Below, in pieces: positions 18,839 through 29,168 of a stretch of DNA of 64,000 bases. The notes under the pieces were generated by a model, which saw nothing but the letters and a program-made list of their open reading frames with translations, had not been told where the DNA came from and did not search any database. Made by a program: the position numbers and the translations under genes. Within the stretch, counting starts at the first letter, position 1. Every line of letters begins with the position of its first letter. The stretch is from an uncultured Gemmatimonadales bacterium (lineage in GTDB: Bacteria; Gemmatimonadota; Gemmatimonadetes; Gemmatimonadales; Gemmatimonadaceae), in assembly GCA_963851265.1 (NCBI GenBank), contig CAWKNZ010000010.1, positions 64,001-128,000 of the forward strand, in the 5' to 3' direction.

Positions 18839-20476
18839 TCAGCGGACGGCCGAAGTCGCGCCGTCGCACGATGCGCCCGTGCCCGCGCGCGCGGGACGGG
18901 GCGTACGAACATATAGTATCGCTTCAGAACCATACCCGCGGAATGCGGTGTCGCGCGCGAAGCACGCGTCGGCGTACCTGCGCAGGATGCGCGCTTCCGT
19001 GCGCGACTGCGCGCTCAACTCCGTCCGGCTGAGCAGGAGCCAAACGCGCCGCTCGCCTCCGAGCAGGCGCGCCGCGGCCCGCGAGATGGCGACGGTGTCC
19101 GCGCCGAGCTCCGCGCCCGGGAACGGCACGACGCGGCGCGCCACCCCGCGCGCGTAGGCCCGGCGGTAATAGTAGTCCGTCACCGTCGACGTGTACGACG
19201 CGCTCACCACCACGGGATCAACTCCCAACCGCCCCACGCGCGCGATGAACGCCGTCGCCCCGCGGCTGTCCTCGCGGGCGTAGCGCGGGTCACCGTAGTA
19301 GCCGCGAAGCGACGCGGCGCTCAGCGCGACGAGGGATGCCGCGGCGACCGCGCGCGCCCACGCCGGCCGGAGCGCGCACACGCCGCTCGCGAGCAGCACG
19401 ACGAACGCGGGGAACGCAATCACTGCGTACCGCACGTTGTACGGGTAGCGCGCCGACACCGAGCCGGCCGCCGCGAATGCGACCGGGACGACGCCTAACA
19501 GGACGACGGCCGCGAGCGCGCGCGGCGCGCGACGCCACAACGCCCGCGCGCCAGCCGCGAGCAGCGCGGCCAGCCCGAGCAACACCGGCGCGATCAGCCC
19601 GGCCGCCGCGCGAGCCACCTCGCCCGGCGCGCGGAGGTGGAACTCGGCGACGCTCGGCCCGAGCGAGTACCCCGCGCCGAATACCCATAGCGTGAACCCG
19701 AGCACCGACGGGTCGAACGACCCGTCGGTGTGGTTGGTCGGATAGTGATAGATGGTGAAATACCGCAGGAATCCGGGCACGATCAGCAGGCCCGCGGCGA
19801 CGAACACGGCCGCCCACCGCGGCCAGCGCGACGGCGGCTCGTACAGCGCGACCACGGCCACCGCGATCGGCACGAGCGCGAGCCCGACGGTGTGACAGTA
19901 GAACGAGGCCGTCAGCAGCAGCGCCACACCGACGCGCGGCCACGTCGCATCCGGCCTGTCAATCGCGATCTGGGTCGCGCGCAGCGTGCCGAGGGCGAGC
20001 AGCATCAACGTCGCGTAGGCGCGGGCTTCCTGACTGAACCAGACGTCGAAGGGGGAGATCGCGAACAGCGCCGCGCCGACCGCCGCGGTCGCCGTCCCCA
20101 CCCACCGGCGCGCGACCACGTAGAGCAGCGGGATGCACAGCGTGCCCGCCGCGACCGACACCGCGCGTAAGACCGCTTCCGAGTCGCCGAATCGGAGTGC
20201 CGCGTTGACGAGCAAAAAGTACAGGGGCGGGACCGACCCGTCGTACTCCCGCTGGGTGATCACCCACCACGGCGAGCCCGCCGAACTCAGATACGTGGCC
20301 GCCTCGTCGACCCAGAGGCTCTGCGCGCCAACCCGGTACAGTCGGAGGACGAGGCCCACCAGGGTCGCAGCGACGACCAAGGCGCGGGCGTCGCCGGCGA
20401 GCCTCGCCCAGGGAACACGGTGCCGCACGTCAGCCGGCGTAGCGGGCGGACGCGAATCGCGAGCAGATTCACTCAC
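18839..20476 (-). CDS. GT-C fold glycosyltransferase (GT39/PMT_2, ArnT-like)
   Basis: QSLWVDEA, PPLYFLL, SQEARAYA, YCH; many TM helices; GTG start uncertain. Confidence 0.82.
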   Translation of the reverse strand: MSESARDSRPPATPADVRHRVPWARLAGDARALVVAATLVGLVLRLYRVGAQSLWVDEAATYLSSAGSPWWVITQREYDGSVPPLYFLLVNAALRFGDSEAVLRAVSVAAGTLCIPLLYVVARRWVGTATAAVGAALFAISPFDVWFSQEARAYATLMLLALGTLRATQIAIDRPDATWPRVGVALLLTASFYCHTVGLALVPIAVAVVALYEPPSRWPRWAAVFVAAGLLIVPGFLRYFTIYHYPTNHTDGSFDPSVLGFTLWVFGAGYSLGPSVAEFHLRAPGEVARAAAGLIAPVLLGLAALLAAGARALWRRAPRALAAVVLLGVVPVAFAAAGSVSARYPYNVRYAVIAFPAFVVLLASGVCALRPAWARAVAAASLVALSAASLRGYYGDPRYAREDSRGATAFIARVGRLGVDPVVVSASYTSTVTDYYYRRAYARGVARRVVPFPGAELGADTVAISRAAARLLGGERRVWLLLSRTELSAQSRTEARILRRYADACFARDTAFRGYGSEAILYVRTPRPARAGTGASCDGATSAVR

Positions 20477-20648
20477 CGGGTCGAAGACCTTGGGACAGGG
20501 CGTGCGCCCCGCATGCGGTACCGGCCGCACGCGGCATCGGCAACATAGTGCGACGACCGAGTTCGGCGACCGCACGGCGCACGACGATCATGCGTCGCAT
20601 TCTTGCTCCGTCTGGCACGAACGCGCCGGCCACCGTATATGCGGGCAT

Positions 20649-21770
20649 ATGAATGTTCCGAGCGCATCGCGCGACGACGCACCCGACCGGCCACCGCTGG
20701 CGCTTTTGTACGGCACGCGCCCGCAGGTGATCAAGGCGTCCATCCTCGCACACGCCCTCGATCCGCACTGGGACGTGCTCGCCGTCGACACCGGCCAGCA
20801 TTACGACTACGCACTCAATGCGTTGCTGTACCAACAGCTCGGCGTACGGTCGCCCGACGTGTGTCTGGACGTCGGCTCCGGGGACCACGCGACGCAGACC
20901 GCGCTCGTGCTCACCCGAGCGGCTGCGGTGCTCGCGGCCCGAGGCGAGCGGCGGCCGCGCGTCGCCGTAGTCATCGGCGACACCAACAGCACCCTCGGAT
21001 GCGCCCTCGCCGCCGCCAAGCTGCGCATCCCCGTCGTACACGTCGAGGCCGGTCTGCGCTGCGGTGACGCGCTCATGGCCGAGGAAATCAACCGGCGTGC
21101 CGTCGACGCGGTGAGTGCCGTGCTCTGCACGCCGTCGGACGCGGCCACGACGCGCCTGCACCAGGAGGGGCCCTCCGGGAACGTCGTGCAGACGGGCGAC
21201 GTCGCGTACGACGTGCTGCTGCGCGCGCTCCCGCGAACCGCCGCGCCGGGCGCGATCGACGGGTGGCCGATTCCGGCGGGGACCGATTTCGTACTCGCCA
21301 CGCTCCACCGATCGGAACTCGTCGACGACGCCGCGCGTCTGACCACCGCGTTCGATGCGTTCCGGCATCTCCCCCTCCCCGTCGTCTTTGCCGCACACCC
21401 GCGCACGCGTACCGCGCTCGCGGCCCACGGGCTCACGCCTCCGCCCGGCATGTACGTGATCCCGCCGCTCGGGTATTTCGAGACGCTCGCTGCCGTGCGC
21501 GGCGCGGCGGTCGTCGTCACCGACTCCGGCGGCCTCCAACGCGAGGCGTACTGGCTCGGGACGCCGTGCGTGACGCTGCGGACCGAGACCGAATGGGTCG
21601 AAACGGTCGCGCTCGGGGCCAACCAGCTCGTCGGACCCGACGTACTCGAACGGCTCCCTACCACGGTCGCTCGCGCGATTCCGGCCCGCAGCCGCGGGTG
21701 GGACCGTAGCGCGTACGGCACAGGGGAGGCAGCAGATCGGGTCGCGGCCGCGCTACAGTCGTTCGCGTGA
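20649..21770 (+). CDS. UDP-N-acetylglucosamine 2-epimerase (non-hydrolysing), paralog 1
   Basis: GTRPQVIK, DTGQHYD, GDTNST, HVEAGLR, EEINR, TDSGGLQREA, TEWVET. Confidence 0.9.
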   Translation: MNVPSASRDDAPDRPPLALLYGTRPQVIKASILAHALDPHWDVLAVDTGQHYDYALNALLYQQLGVRSPDVCLDVGSGDHATQTALVLTRAAAVLAARGERRPRVAVVIGDTNSTLGCALAAAKLRIPVVHVEAGLRCGDALMAEEINRRAVDAVSAVLCTPSDAATTRLHQEGPSGNVVQTGDVAYDVLLRALPRTAAPGAIDGWPIPAGTDFVLATLHRSELVDDAARLTTAFDAFRHLPLPVVFAAHPRTRTALAAHGLTPPPGMYVIPPLGYFETLAAVRGAAVVVTDSGGLQREAYWLGTPCVTLRTETEWVETVALGANQLVGPDVLERLPTTVARAIPARSRGWDRSAYGTGEAADRVAAALQSFA

Positions 21771-22048
21771 ATGGGGACGTCCTGTGCCGCGTGTCACATC
21801 CTATTGCGTGAATGACAGGGCAGTCATAGTGTTGGCGCACCACGACGAGCTTAGCGGCTGATACAGCCGCGGGCCGAGCTGTTTCGTCGCGCGATCCGCC
21901 GGCCCGTTCGCACCCGTTCGGCCGCGCGCCGCGTTCTATCCGGCCCGCGACATCCATGCTCTTTGCGGAAGCGAGTACGGCGGTGGACCCCCCGCAGGGC
22001 GAGACGTGCACCGCTCCGACCGTCGTGCGGGCGGCTGCGTCGGACGAC

Positions 22049-23431
22049 ATGTCGGACGGCAGCGCGCCGTCGATCGGCGTCGTGGGCGGCGGTGTTCTTG
22101 GTCTGACCCTCGCCCTCCGTCTCAGCCAACGCGGGTACCGCGTCACCGTGCTCGAGGGCGGGCCGGCGGTCGGCGGTCTCGCTGCGACGCAGACGCTCGA
22201 CGGCTGGCCGTGCGACCGCTTCTACCACGTCGTGCTCCCGGCCGACACCGCGCTCCACGCGCTGCTGGCGGAGCTCGGCATCGCCGACCGCCTGCGGTGG
22301 GAGACGACACGGACCGGCTTCTATACCGACGGCCGACTCCGCTCGATGTCGAGCGCGATCGACTTCCTGATGTTCCCGCCGCTCGGACCTGTCGACAAGC
22401 TGCGACTCGGGTATACGGTGCTCCACGCATCGCGCGTGCGCGATTGGCGGCGCCTCGAAGCGATTCCCGTGGCCGAGTGGCTCCGCCGCCTCTCCGGCCG
22501 TCGCACGTTCGAGCGGATCTGGCTTCCGCTCCTGCGCAGCAAGCTCGGCGAGAACTACCGCGAGACGAGCGCGACGTTCATCTGGGCGACCATCGCGCGG
22601 CTCTACGGCGCGCGGCAGGCCGGGGCGAAGCGCGAGCGCTTCGGATGGATCGACGGCGGCTACGCCGGCGTGCTCGCGCGGTTCGCTGAGCACCTGGAGG
22701 CGCGCGGCGTGACGTTGAGGTGTGGCGCCGCCGTCGCCGAGGTGCGCGACCGCGCACGTCCGGCGGCAGTTGACGGCGGTGGCGCGACTGGCGTCGACGT
22801 GCGGCTCGCGACCGGCGAGCGGATGTCGTTCGACGCCGTGGCGCTCACGGTCCCGACGGGGCGCATCGCCGCTCTCGCGCCGCAGCTCGGCGACGCCGAG
22901 CGGGCGCGCCTGCGAGGGGTGACGTACCAGGGCATCGTGTGCGTGACCGTGCTCCTGCGCCGACCGCCCGCGGGCGGCTACTACGTCACGAACATCACCG
23001 ATGACGGGCTGCCATTCACCGCCGTGATCGACATGACCGCGCTGGTTGACCCGGCGAGCGTCGGCGGTCACGCCCTCGTGTATCTGCCCCGGTACGCCGC
23101 GCAGGACGATCCGATTTGGTCGCGCTCGGACGACGAGGTCGTGCGCGACTTCCTCGCCGGCCTCGCCCGCGTGCACCCGCACCTGGGGCCCGACGACGTG
23201 CTCGACGTCCGCGTGTCGCGTGCGCGCGAGGTGCTCGCGCTCACGACGCTGCACTACTCGGAGCGGTGGCTGCCGCCGGTCGCGACGTCGCTGCCCCGCG
23301 TATTCGTCGTGACCTCGGCCCAGATCGCCGCTGGCACGCTCAACGTGAACGAGACGCTGCACGTGGCGGAGTCGGGTGCGGCGGCGATCGGCGCGAGGTT
23401 AGGCGCCGCACGGGCGGCAACTCCGTGGTAG
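22049..23431 (+). CDS. FAD-dependent oxidoreductase (amine oxidase/protoporphyrinogen oxidase superfamily)
   Basis: VVGGGVLG...E Rossmann motif, VGGLA, DRFYH. Confidence 0.8.
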   Translation: MSDGSAPSIGVVGGGVLGLTLALRLSQRGYRVTVLEGGPAVGGLAATQTLDGWPCDRFYHVVLPADTALHALLAELGIADRLRWETTRTGFYTDGRLRSMSSAIDFLMFPPLGPVDKLRLGYTVLHASRVRDWRRLEAIPVAEWLRRLSGRRTFERIWLPLLRSKLGENYRETSATFIWATIARLYGARQAGAKRERFGWIDGGYAGVLARFAEHLEARGVTLRCGAAVAEVRDRARPAAVDGGGATGVDVRLATGERMSFDAVALTVPTGRIAALAPQLGDAERARLRGVTYQGIVCVTVLLRRPPAGGYYVTNITDDGLPFTAVIDMTALVDPASVGGHALVYLPRYAAQDDPIWSRSDDEVVRDFLAGLARVHPHLGPDDVLDVRVSRAREVLALTTLHYSERWLPPVATSLPRVFVVTSAQIAAGTLNVNETLHVAESGAAAIGARLGAARAATPW

Positions 23432-24492
23432 GCGCGCGCGGCGGGCGGGGGGACCCGGCGCGACCGGTCGCGAGCGTCTCGCTCGACCTCGACGACCTCT
23501 GGACGTACCTCCGGACGCACGGCGACCCCGCGTGGGAGCAGCGCCCGTCGTACCTCGCGGCGTTCGTCCCCGCGGTGCTCGACGCGCTCGACGAGGCGGG
23601 CGCGACGATCACGTTCTTCCTCGTGGGCGAGGACGCGGCGCGCGACGCCGACGCGGGCCGGCTGCGCGCACTCGCCGAGCGCGGGCACGAGATCGCCAAC
23701 CACACGTACGCGCACGACGTCTGGATGCAGACCTACGGCGAGGCGCAGGCCGACGACGAGCTCGCGCGCGCAGAGGCCGCGATCGCGGCGGCGACCGGTC
23801 GGCATCCGTCGGGGTTCCGCGGTCCGGGCTTCAGCTGGAGCCCCGCGCTCCTGCGCGTGCTCGCGCGACGCGGTTACCGCTACGACGCCTCGACGCTGCC
23901 CACGTTCATCGGCCCGCTGGCGCGTCGCTACTTCCTCGCCACCGCGCGGCTCACGCCCGCGGAACGCGCGCAGCGCACCGCGCTTTTCGGCGCGTTCCGC
24001 GACGGATTCCGGCCCAACACACCCTACCGCTGGACGCTGGGCGCCGGCCGCGAGTTGCTCGAGCTACCCGTGACCACGGTGCCGGGTGCGCGCACGCCGT
24101 TCCACCTCAGCTACCTCATGTACCTCGCCGGGTTCTCCGAGGCAGCCATGCTCGGCTACCTCCGCGCGGCGCTCGCGCTCTGCCGCGCCACCGGCACCGA
24201 GCCGAGCTTCCTCCTCCACCCGCTCGATCTGCTGGCCGCCGCGGATGCGCCAGGGCTCGAGTTCTTCCCCGGCATGGCGCTCGGCGCGGCGCGCAAGCGC
24301 CGCCTGTTCGTGCGCGTCCTCGGCGTGCTCGGCGAGCACTTCACGCTCGTACCGATGGCCGCACACGCCGAGCGCGCCGAGCGCGCGTCGCTTCCCCGTC
24401 GCACGCCGGACCGCGACCCCGGCACCAGCACGTCCGGCGACCGGCACGCCGTCGCCCCCGCCCCCAACCCGACCCCCCGCCGTGCGTCGTAA
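23425..24492 (+). CDS. Polysaccharide deacetylase (NodB fold)
   Basis: SLDLDD, TFFLVG, GHEIANHTYAH, GFRGP, YDAS, LLHPLD. Confidence 0.85.
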   Translation: MVGARGGRGDPARPVASVSLDLDDLWTYLRTHGDPAWEQRPSYLAAFVPAVLDALDEAGATITFFLVGEDAARDADAGRLRALAERGHEIANHTYAHDVWMQTYGEAQADDELARAEAAIAAATGRHPSGFRGPGFSWSPALLRVLARRGYRYDASTLPTFIGPLARRYFLATARLTPAERAQRTALFGAFRDGFRPNTPYRWTLGAGRELLELPVTTVPGARTPFHLSYLMYLAGFSEAAMLGYLRAALALCRATGTEPSFLLHPLDLLAAADAPGLEFFPGMALGAARKRRLFVRVLGVLGEHFTLVPMAAHAERAERASLPRRTPDRDPGTSTSGDRHAVAPAPNPTPRRAS

Positions 24493-25450
24493 CCCGTACA
24501 AGGCCCTCGTCATCGGCGCGGCCGGCAACATCGGCACGCGCCTCGTCGCCCACCTCCGTTCCGTGGGGCACGACGTCGTCGAGGCCGACATCAAACCCGG
24601 TCTCCGCGAAGGCTACGTCGTCGCCGACGTCACGCAGCCGCTCGATCTACTTCCCGCGTTCGACTGGGGCCCCGACGTCGTCTTTCACCTCGCGGCGGCC
24701 GTCGGACGCACGACGTGCGAGCAGGCCGGCGCGCTCGCGGTCGCGACCAACCTGATGGGGCTCAGTAACGTGCTGCAGCTCTGCCGCCGCGCGCGGGCCA
24801 CGTGTGTGTACTTCTCGACGTCCGAGGTGTACGGGCCGGGTGACGACGTGCACGACGAGGCGGCCTCGCGCCCGCAGCCGAACAACCGCTACGGCCTCAC
24901 GAAGCACCTCGGCGAGCAGATGGTCGAGTACGAGGTGCGCCACGCCGGGCTGCGTGCCGTCACGCTCCGGCCGTGCATGATCTACGACGAGCGCGAGACG
25001 GTCGGCGAGCACCGCTCGGCGATGATTCGGTTCGCGTCCAACCTCGCGCGCGGCCGTCCGGTGACCGTGCACGCGGGAAGCGAGCGTGGCTGGCTGCACG
25101 CGTGTGATGCGGCACGCGGCATCGAGGCCGCGGCGTTCGTGCCCGAGTACGCGGCGATCAATCTCGGCCACCCCGACGTCGTGCCCATGTCCAGACTCGC
25201 CGCAATGATGTGCGACGAACTCGGTGCGGATCCGGCGCTCGTCGAGGTGCACGCGCTCCCGCCGCGCATGACGCTCGTCAAGCGCCCCGCGCTCGACCGG
25301 CAGCGCCGCTTACTGGGCTTCGTGCCCGAGATCGCGCTGGCCGACGGCGTACAGCGCGTCTGCGCCGTGCAGCGCCGTGGCGCACTGGCCGAACGCGCCC
25401 ACTACCCCACCGCCGATCTCGACACGCGGCGGAGTGCGCTCCCCGCGTGA
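24482..25450 (+). CDS. NAD-dependent epimerase/dehydratase (extended SDR)
   Basis: GAAGNIG, VFHLAA, STSEVYG, YGLTK. Confidence 0.87.
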   Translation: MRRNPYKALVIGAAGNIGTRLVAHLRSVGHDVVEADIKPGLREGYVVADVTQPLDLLPAFDWGPDVVFHLAAAVGRTTCEQAGALAVATNLMGLSNVLQLCRRARATCVYFSTSEVYGPGDDVHDEAASRPQPNNRYGLTKHLGEQMVEYEVRHAGLRAVTLRPCMIYDERETVGEHRSAMIRFASNLARGRPVTVHAGSERGWLHACDAARGIEAAAFVPEYAAINLGHPDVVPMSRLAAMMCDELGADPALVEVHALPPRMTLVKRPALDRQRRLLGFVPEIALADGVQRVCAVQRRGALAERAHYPTADLDTRRSALPA

Positions 25451-26463
25451 CTCCTGGCGTGGTCGCCCCCACCCCGCACGCTGCGGGAGACCACGACGCG
25501 CTACGGCTCGTCGCGCTGCGATGCGACGTTTGCGGGGCCGACGACGCCGAACCGCTCAGCGTCGGCGAAGACTTCGAGTATCGCACGAGTCGCGACACGT
25601 TTCTCGCCGTACGCTGCCGGCGCTGCGGGCTGGTCTACCTCAACCCACGCCCGGCGTCCGACGAGCTGCCGCGCATCTACCCGCCCGACTACCACGCCTA
25701 CGACTTCTCGAGCGCGCGCTACGGGCTGGCGTATGCGGTCCGCTGCCGACTCGAACGGTACCGCCTCGCGCGCTGGACACGCGCCCTCGCACCCGACGCG
25801 CGCGTGCTCGACATCGGGTGCGGCGACGGATTCCACCTGCGACTGCTCCGCACGTTCGGCGCGCCCACATGGCAGCTCGAAGGCGTCGACGCGAGCGAGA
25901 CGGCCGTGGCCGCCGCGGGCGCGGCCGGCCTGCGCGTGCATCACGGCACGATCGAGGATCTCCCACTCGATCGCGGTGCCTACGACCTCGTCCTCCTCGT
26001 CGCGACGCTCGAACACGTCGGCAGCCCGCGTGACGTGCTCCGTCGCGTGCGCGACGTGCTCCGCCCCGGCGGACGCGTCGTGATCGTCACCGACAACGTC
26101 CGCACGCTCTCGTTCGCCGTGTCGAAGTCGCGACACTGGGGCGGGTACCACTTTCCGCGGCACTGGCATCTGTTCACACAGGAGACGCTGCGCACGCTCG
26201 CGCACGCATCCGAACTCGACGTCGAGCGCATGCGGACGATCGTCACGCCGGTGAACTGGGTGTACACGCTGCACAACGCACTCGCCGACTACGGCGCCTC
26301 GCCCAACGTGCTGCGTCACGTCTCGCTGTCGGCGGCGCCTGCGCTGGCGCTGTTCACCGCCGTCAACGCCGTCGAACAGCTGGTGGGATACGGCGGCCTG
26401 CTCGAAGCGGTGCTGCGGCGCCCTGGCGACGGAGCGCGCGATGCCGCGCACGAACGGGGCTGA
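25447..26463 (+). CDS. Class I SAM-dependent methyltransferase with N-terminal Zn-ribbon
   Basis: CDVC...CRRC, LDIGCGDG, LEHV, LRPGG, FPRHWHLF. Confidence 0.85.
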   Translation: MTPGVVAPTPHAAGDHDALRLVALRCDVCGADDAEPLSVGEDFEYRTSRDTFLAVRCRRCGLVYLNPRPASDELPRIYPPDYHAYDFSSARYGLAYAVRCRLERYRLARWTRALAPDARVLDIGCGDGFHLRLLRTFGAPTWQLEGVDASETAVAAAGAAGLRVHHGTIEDLPLDRGAYDLVLLVATLEHVGSPRDVLRRVRDVLRPGGRVVIVTDNVRTLSFAVSKSRHWGGYHFPRHWHLFTQETLRTLAHASELDVERMRTIVTPVNWVYTLHNALADYGASPNVLRHVSLSAAPALALFTAVNAVEQLVGYGGLLEAVLRRPGDGARDAAHERG

Positions 26464-27823
26464 CGCGCGCGGCCTGCCGGTCGCGGTCGTGGGCGGGGGC
26501 ATCGCGGGCGTCACCGCGGCCGCCTTTCTGCGGCGCAACGGCGTGCCGGTGGTGCTCTACGAGGCCGGCCCGCGACTCGCGGGGCTGGCGCAGAGTCATC
26601 GCGACGCCGACGGCTTCTCGTCCGACGTCGGGGCGCATTTCGTCACGAATCGGCTCGCCGCCGCGATCGGCGTCGGCGCCGTCTGCCGGACCGTCCGCTA
26701 TTACGGCGAGAGCGTGTGGCTGGGCGGGCGCGCCCACTCGTACCCGTTCGGCCTCCTCGCCAACCCGCGCTTCTCGCTGAGTGGCGCGGCCGCGCGCCTC
26801 AAACTTCCGGGACGCACGCACCACTCCGCGGCCGACGTCTTCCGCGCCTCGTACGGCCGCGCGCTCGCCGACGCCGTCGCCATTCCACTCCTCGAAGCGT
26901 GGTCGGGCGCGCCCGCGAGCGAACTGGCGCCGGCCGTCGCCGAAAAGCTGCAGCACGGCGTGGCCGGGACGGCGTTCCTCAAGCTGGCCGGCCGGCTCAC
27001 ACACCGCGCGGTGACCATCGGTTACAGTCACGTAGCGGCCGAAAACGCGAACGTGTGGCACGTGTACCCCGACGGCGGCGTGAGCCGGCTCGTCGAGCAC
27101 CTCGCCGCCGACGTACGCGACGCCATCGCCTGCGACTCGCCGGTCGAGGCGATCGTCGCCGACGCGCGGGGCGTTCAGGCCGTCCGCGTCCACGGACGCG
27201 AACAGCCGGTGCAGGCCGTGGTGAGCACGGCGCCGGTGAACGCGCTCGCCCGCCTCGTCACCGGCACGGACGGCGTCTCGTACCTCGAGCGCTTCCGCTA
27301 CCGTCCGATGGTGTTCGTCAGCCTGCGGCTCGCCGGGCGCGACCTGATCCCCGACACCGTGCTGTGGACACCGGAACAGGAGTTCCCCTTCTTCCGCGTC
27401 ACGGACACGACGCGGTCGATGCCCTGGCTCGCCCCGGCGGGGAAGAGCATGCTCACCGTCGACATCGGGTGCGAGGTGGGCGATGCGACGTGGCGCATGC
27501 CCGACCCGGCGTTGATCGCACACTGCCTCGACGCGCTCGACGTGCTCATCCCGGGGGTGCACGCCCGCGACCTCGGTGGCGCGCGCGTGGTCCGGACCGC
27601 CGTCGCGTACCCCGTGCTGCTCAACGCCTACGAGGCCGACCGGCAGCGCTTCGTGCGATCGACCGGCGTGCCGGGGCTGTGGAGCGTCGGCCGGAACGGC
27701 GCGTTCTCGCACATGCTCATGGAAGACGTGTACTGGCGCACGCTGGCGTCGATGCGCGAACTCGTCGACGGGCTCGGCGGTCGGCAGCCGAGCGTCGCGC
27801 TCGGCGGGATGATGCGGACGTAA
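26441..27823 (+). CDS. FAD-dependent oxidoreductase
   Basis: VVGGGIAG...YEA, DVGAHF, AYPV, VGRNGAF. Confidence 0.8.
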   Translation: MPRTNGADARGLPVAVVGGGIAGVTAAAFLRRNGVPVVLYEAGPRLAGLAQSHRDADGFSSDVGAHFVTNRLAAAIGVGAVCRTVRYYGESVWLGGRAHSYPFGLLANPRFSLSGAAARLKLPGRTHHSAADVFRASYGRALADAVAIPLLEAWSGAPASELAPAVAEKLQHGVAGTAFLKLAGRLTHRAVTIGYSHVAAENANVWHVYPDGGVSRLVEHLAADVRDAIACDSPVEAIVADARGVQAVRVHGREQPVQAVVSTAPVNALARLVTGTDGVSYLERFRYRPMVFVSLRLAGRDLIPDTVLWTPEQEFPFFRVTDTTRSMPWLAPAGKSMLTVDIGCEVGDATWRMPDPALIAHCLDALDVLIPGVHARDLGGARVVRTAVAYPVLLNAYEADRQRFVRSTGVPGLWSVGRNGAFSHMLMEDVYWRTLASMRELVDGLGGRQPSVALGGMMRT

Positions 27824-27905
27824 CGGGCGCGTAGCAGTAGCGCGTCGGACCCGGGCGGCGCACGTTTCGGTGTTCGCGCCGCCCCTCCGCCCCCGCGCCC
27901 CGCCG

Positions 27906-29168
27906 ATGCCGTCCCACGTCCTCGACCACATCTCGCTCGGCAAGATCGTTCAGATCCGCGAGCGCCTGCTGAACGCCCAGGCCGCCGGGCGGACGGTGTA
28001 CCGCTTCGAGTCGGGCGACCCGAGCTTCGCCCCCGCGCCGCACGTCGTCGCCGCGATCGCCGACGCCGCCACGCGTGGACAGACGCACTACCCGCCCAAC
28101 AACGGCATCCCGGCGCTCCGCACGGCCGTCCGCCGCAAGCTCGCGCACGTGAACGGCATCGAGCTGGCCGACGAGGACGGCATCTTCGTCACCAACGGCT
28201 CCATGCACGGGCTGTTCGTCACCTTCTCGGCGCTGCTCGACCCCGCCGACGAGGTGATCCTCCCCGACCCGATGTGGACGGAGGTCGCGGAAAACGTGCG
28301 GCTCGCGGGCGGCGTGGCGGCGGGCGTTCCGCTCAGCGCCGGCGACGGGTACGTGTACGACCCCGACGCGATCACGCGCCGCATCACGCTGCGCACGAAG
28401 GCCATCTTCGTGAACACGCCGCACAATCCGACCGGCGCGGTCGCCGACCGCGAGCGGCTGCTCGCCATCCTGCGCCTCGCCGACGAGCGCGGCCTCTGGG
28501 TGGTGAGCGACGAGGCGTACGAAGACGTGATCTACCCGCCGCACGTGCACCACTCCCTGCTCGCGCTCGCGCAGCGCCACGTGCCGGGCGTGGCCGACCG
28601 CGTCGTCAGCCTGTGGTCGTTCTCCAAGAGCCACGCGATGAGCGGGCTGCGCGTCGGCTACACGGTGACGACCAACGCCGAGCTGCGCGACCGCTTCCCC
28701 AAGGTCCTGCGCTGCTCGATCAACGGCGTGAACAGCCTCGCGCAGTGGGGCGCCACTGCGGCCCTCGAGGGGCCGCGCGAGTACGTCGCGATGATGCGGG
28801 CCGAGTACGCCGAGCGGCGCGACGTGATGCTCGCCGCGTTAGGCGACGTCGAGGGCGTGCGCCCGTTCGTCCCGCGCGGCGGCTTCTATCTGTGGTGCGA
28901 GCTGGACCCGTCGCTCTACGGCCGCCTCGGCGTGCGCGACGCCGACGAGCTGTCCGCGCGCCTCGCCGAGGCCGGCGTGGGCAGCGCGCCGGGCGACGCG
29001 TTCGGGGAGCACTGCGCGCACGCGATCCGCTTCGCATACAGCTGCAGCACCGACATGGTTCGGGCCGGGGCGCCGGTGCTGCGCGCGCTGCTCACGGGCG
29101 AGCGGCCGCTCGCGGGTGCGATCGGCGGTGCGGGTGTCGCGGGTCGCGCGACGGTGCCGGTCGCGTGA
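27906..29168 (+). CDS. PLP-dependent aminotransferase class I/II
   Basis: NTPHNPTG, SDEAY, FSKSHAMSGLRVG (PLP Lys). Confidence 0.92.
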   Translation: MPSHVLDHISLGKIVQIRERLLNAQAAGRTVYRFESGDPSFAPAPHVVAAIADAATRGQTHYPPNNGIPALRTAVRRKLAHVNGIELADEDGIFVTNGSMHGLFVTFSALLDPADEVILPDPMWTEVAENVRLAGGVAAGVPLSAGDGYVYDPDAITRRITLRTKAIFVNTPHNPTGAVADRERLLAILRLADERGLWVVSDEAYEDVIYPPHVHHSLLALAQRHVPGVADRVVSLWSFSKSHAMSGLRVGYTVTTNAELRDRFPKVLRCSINGVNSLAQWGATAALEGPREYVAMMRAEYAERRDVMLAALGDVEGVRPFVPRGGFYLWCELDPSLYGRLGVRDADELSARLAEAGVGSAPGDAFGEHCAHAIRFAYSCSTDMVRAGAPVLRALLTGERPLAGAIGGAGVAGRATVPVA

